The notes beneath the pieces were generated by a model. It ran no database searches. It was not told where the DNA came from and worked only from the letters and a program-made list of their open reading frames with translations. Made by a program: the position numbers and the translations under genes. A stretch of 64,000 nt of DNA from Callorhinchus milii (taxonomy: Eukaryota): positions 31,250,001 through 31,314,000 of the forward strand of contig NW_024704743.1 in NCBI RefSeq assembly GCF_018977255.1, read 5' to 3'. Below, one piece after another: positions 62,179-64,000 of this stretch. Position 1 is the first letter of the stretch. Every line of letters starts with the position of its first letter.

Positions 62179-64000
62179 AAAAGAATGCTCTGTTTACACA
62201 TAAACTACCAACATTGCCCCCAAACAAACATAATATTATACACACACACATCTGTCAAGCTAATATCACTGAAGTAAAAATACTGTAGTGTTTGAAGAAC
62301 AAACCCAAACCTGCAAAACAGGTGCAAGATACACAAAACATTACAGCTTTAGATACAAATCAGACCAAAATAAATCACATGGGTCTGTTGTTTGCCTATC
62401 CTGATAACAGCCCGGATAAGCTGCCATAATGCAGAACTCCAGTGTATTTTAAACTATTGTTTGCTGTAGTACAATAAAAAAAAGTAGACATTGCTCCAGT
62501 CATCCAGGAACTATTTAGAACAGATGTTTTTGACTTAAAACAAATCACAGATAAAGACAACTATCTTAGCATTACTCTTTGAAACTCTTGTGGTCGTTCA
62601 TTTTCCACCACGACAGAAATGATAGACAAAAATTGTAAAAGGGGAAGGCTTACAGAAACAGTGCAAAGCAGTGATGGATAGATTAACATTTCAACACACA
62701 AAACAAAGTTGTTTCAGATTAACACTAAGAGCTCCTTTAAAGATGCACAACACTGAAGGTGCTATTCAAATGAAATCACAGTTGTGCCAAATTCCACAGC
62801 CAGCAAACATGCGATTTCAAACTGACCTTGGAGTAGGATCCGCAACACGATTTAAATAAATAATGTGAAAGAAAAACAGACTGAAACATAATCAACAACA
62901 ATAGTGACAAATTTCACTTCTGAGATCTGCCCTTGAACCCAACACAAATGGGGAAAAAAGCATGTGCTCTCTGATGGCTACAAGGGTTCCATGTAATGAG
63001 CCTGAGCAGAGCCCAGTGCGTGTTAAAACCCACAGCAGAACATTTCCCTAATTCAACTCTAAATTGCTAAATTGCTGTACTAATTTGAGATTCTCACTCA
63101 GAGTGGTTACAGAAACAGTTGTTCCAGAAAGTACAGGGCAAACTGATGCAATGCAGTAAGTAGCACACGCTCTTTTGATGCTGGAGTTTAAATTAGTTTG
63201 TTTCAGCAGCGACACAAGCTCTGCTGTTGCTGATGATGCTTTGGTTATGCTGATGCTGACATAGGAAAGGGCTCCAGTGTCCTGTACTAACATTCCTCTG
63301 TTAGGGGCACAAACACAGAACTTTTGAAAAAATAGAAACACAATGCTTTTATACTTGCATCTCCACTGCACTGTCCATAAGAACACATGGCAATTTAATA
63401 CTGCAATAAACCATGGTTGCCATTTTCTTGTTGTACAGATAGAAACCTAAAACAAACCTCCAGTTCGTGTTTGTTTTCTACACAGAGCAAGTATTGATAA
63501 CGTCACAAAAGAGGTCAATTTCAGTTTGTGCACTCAGACCACCGACTTTAGTTCTTTTGCACAGATTTGGTTGCTGTCACAAGTCCATTGTCAAAGAAAA
63601 TGTCAACAGTGTGATCACACAAACTACGCATACTTAAAATTGACTTGCACTTCAAAACAAAGTTACAATCTCTTAAATGGAGAGTACTGTCCCAAACCAA
63701 GTTTACAACCAAGACTAACCAAGGTTGCCAGTTCTTCTACTGTACATTCTGAATTGGGCAAGGTCATTTAGATTAGTTGAATAACTTACCTCATTTGCAC
63801 TGTCAACCCAGTTCAATGAGGTTTGATTATCAACGTATCTGAAAGCTAATCTGGCAGATTTTTGAAAGAAACTCATTAAATGTTTTGTTAACAAACCAGC
63901 ATCTGGTGAGCACTGCACTATCTAAGAGTAAACACAACTTTTCTGTGATTACCTCCACAAACCATCTGTCAAGCAGGTTAGTTTCAAAACACTCTGGGCA

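Noticed and set aside
63048..63386. 112-aa minus-strand ORF
   Set aside because: Non-ATG start, no homology, no splice support.
63790..63838. Exon-like segment with strong donor GAG|gtaagt, considered as the preceding CDKAL1 exon
   Set aside because: The peptide (YVDNQTSLNWVDSANE) does not resemble the expected WLLNSCTVKNPAEDHF, and the frame needed for a phase-2 junction has a stop. The true exon is probably beyond the window.
1..64000. CRISPR arrays, operons or other prokaryotic systems
   Set aside because: The sequence is a spliced vertebrate locus; recurring motifs are dispersed SINE/LINE copies, not regularly spaced repeats.

Overview
Eukaryotic, repeat-rich vertebrate genomic DNA, most likely a cartilaginous fish and possibly a chimaera (inferred from the repeat families, not proven). 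The only host gene I can support is CDKAL1 (tRNA-Lys t6A37 methylthiotransferase, radical SAM) on the minus strand. Three small coding exons are present (28820-28916, 25499-25547, 2613-2733; 97/49/121 bp, all AG/GT, phase-compatible) and splice to [89 protein letters not shown]. Everything else is intron. The introns contain: (i) ~28 copies of a tRNA-headed SINE in a young short and an older long subfamily; (ii) older Deu-domain SINEs; (iii) many 5'-truncated L2-clade LINEs with two distinct 3' tails; (iv) CR1 fragments; (v) three Penelope-like termini carrying degenerate minimal hammerhead-ribozyme motifs, one as a head-to-head palindrome; (vi) a ~450-500 bp dispersed repeat I cannot name (7 copies). 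Nearly all ORFs in the supplied track are repeat-derived or chance. I found no clearly new protein-coding system. The most interesting signals are RNA/retroelement-level: hammerhead relics, a SINE-LINE 3' stem-loop swap, L2 tails truncated at the same point, a templated insertion, an in-frame exon trio flanked by inverted SINEs, and candidate enhancers. Exon coordinates are base-exact; repeat boundaries are read by eye and approximate.
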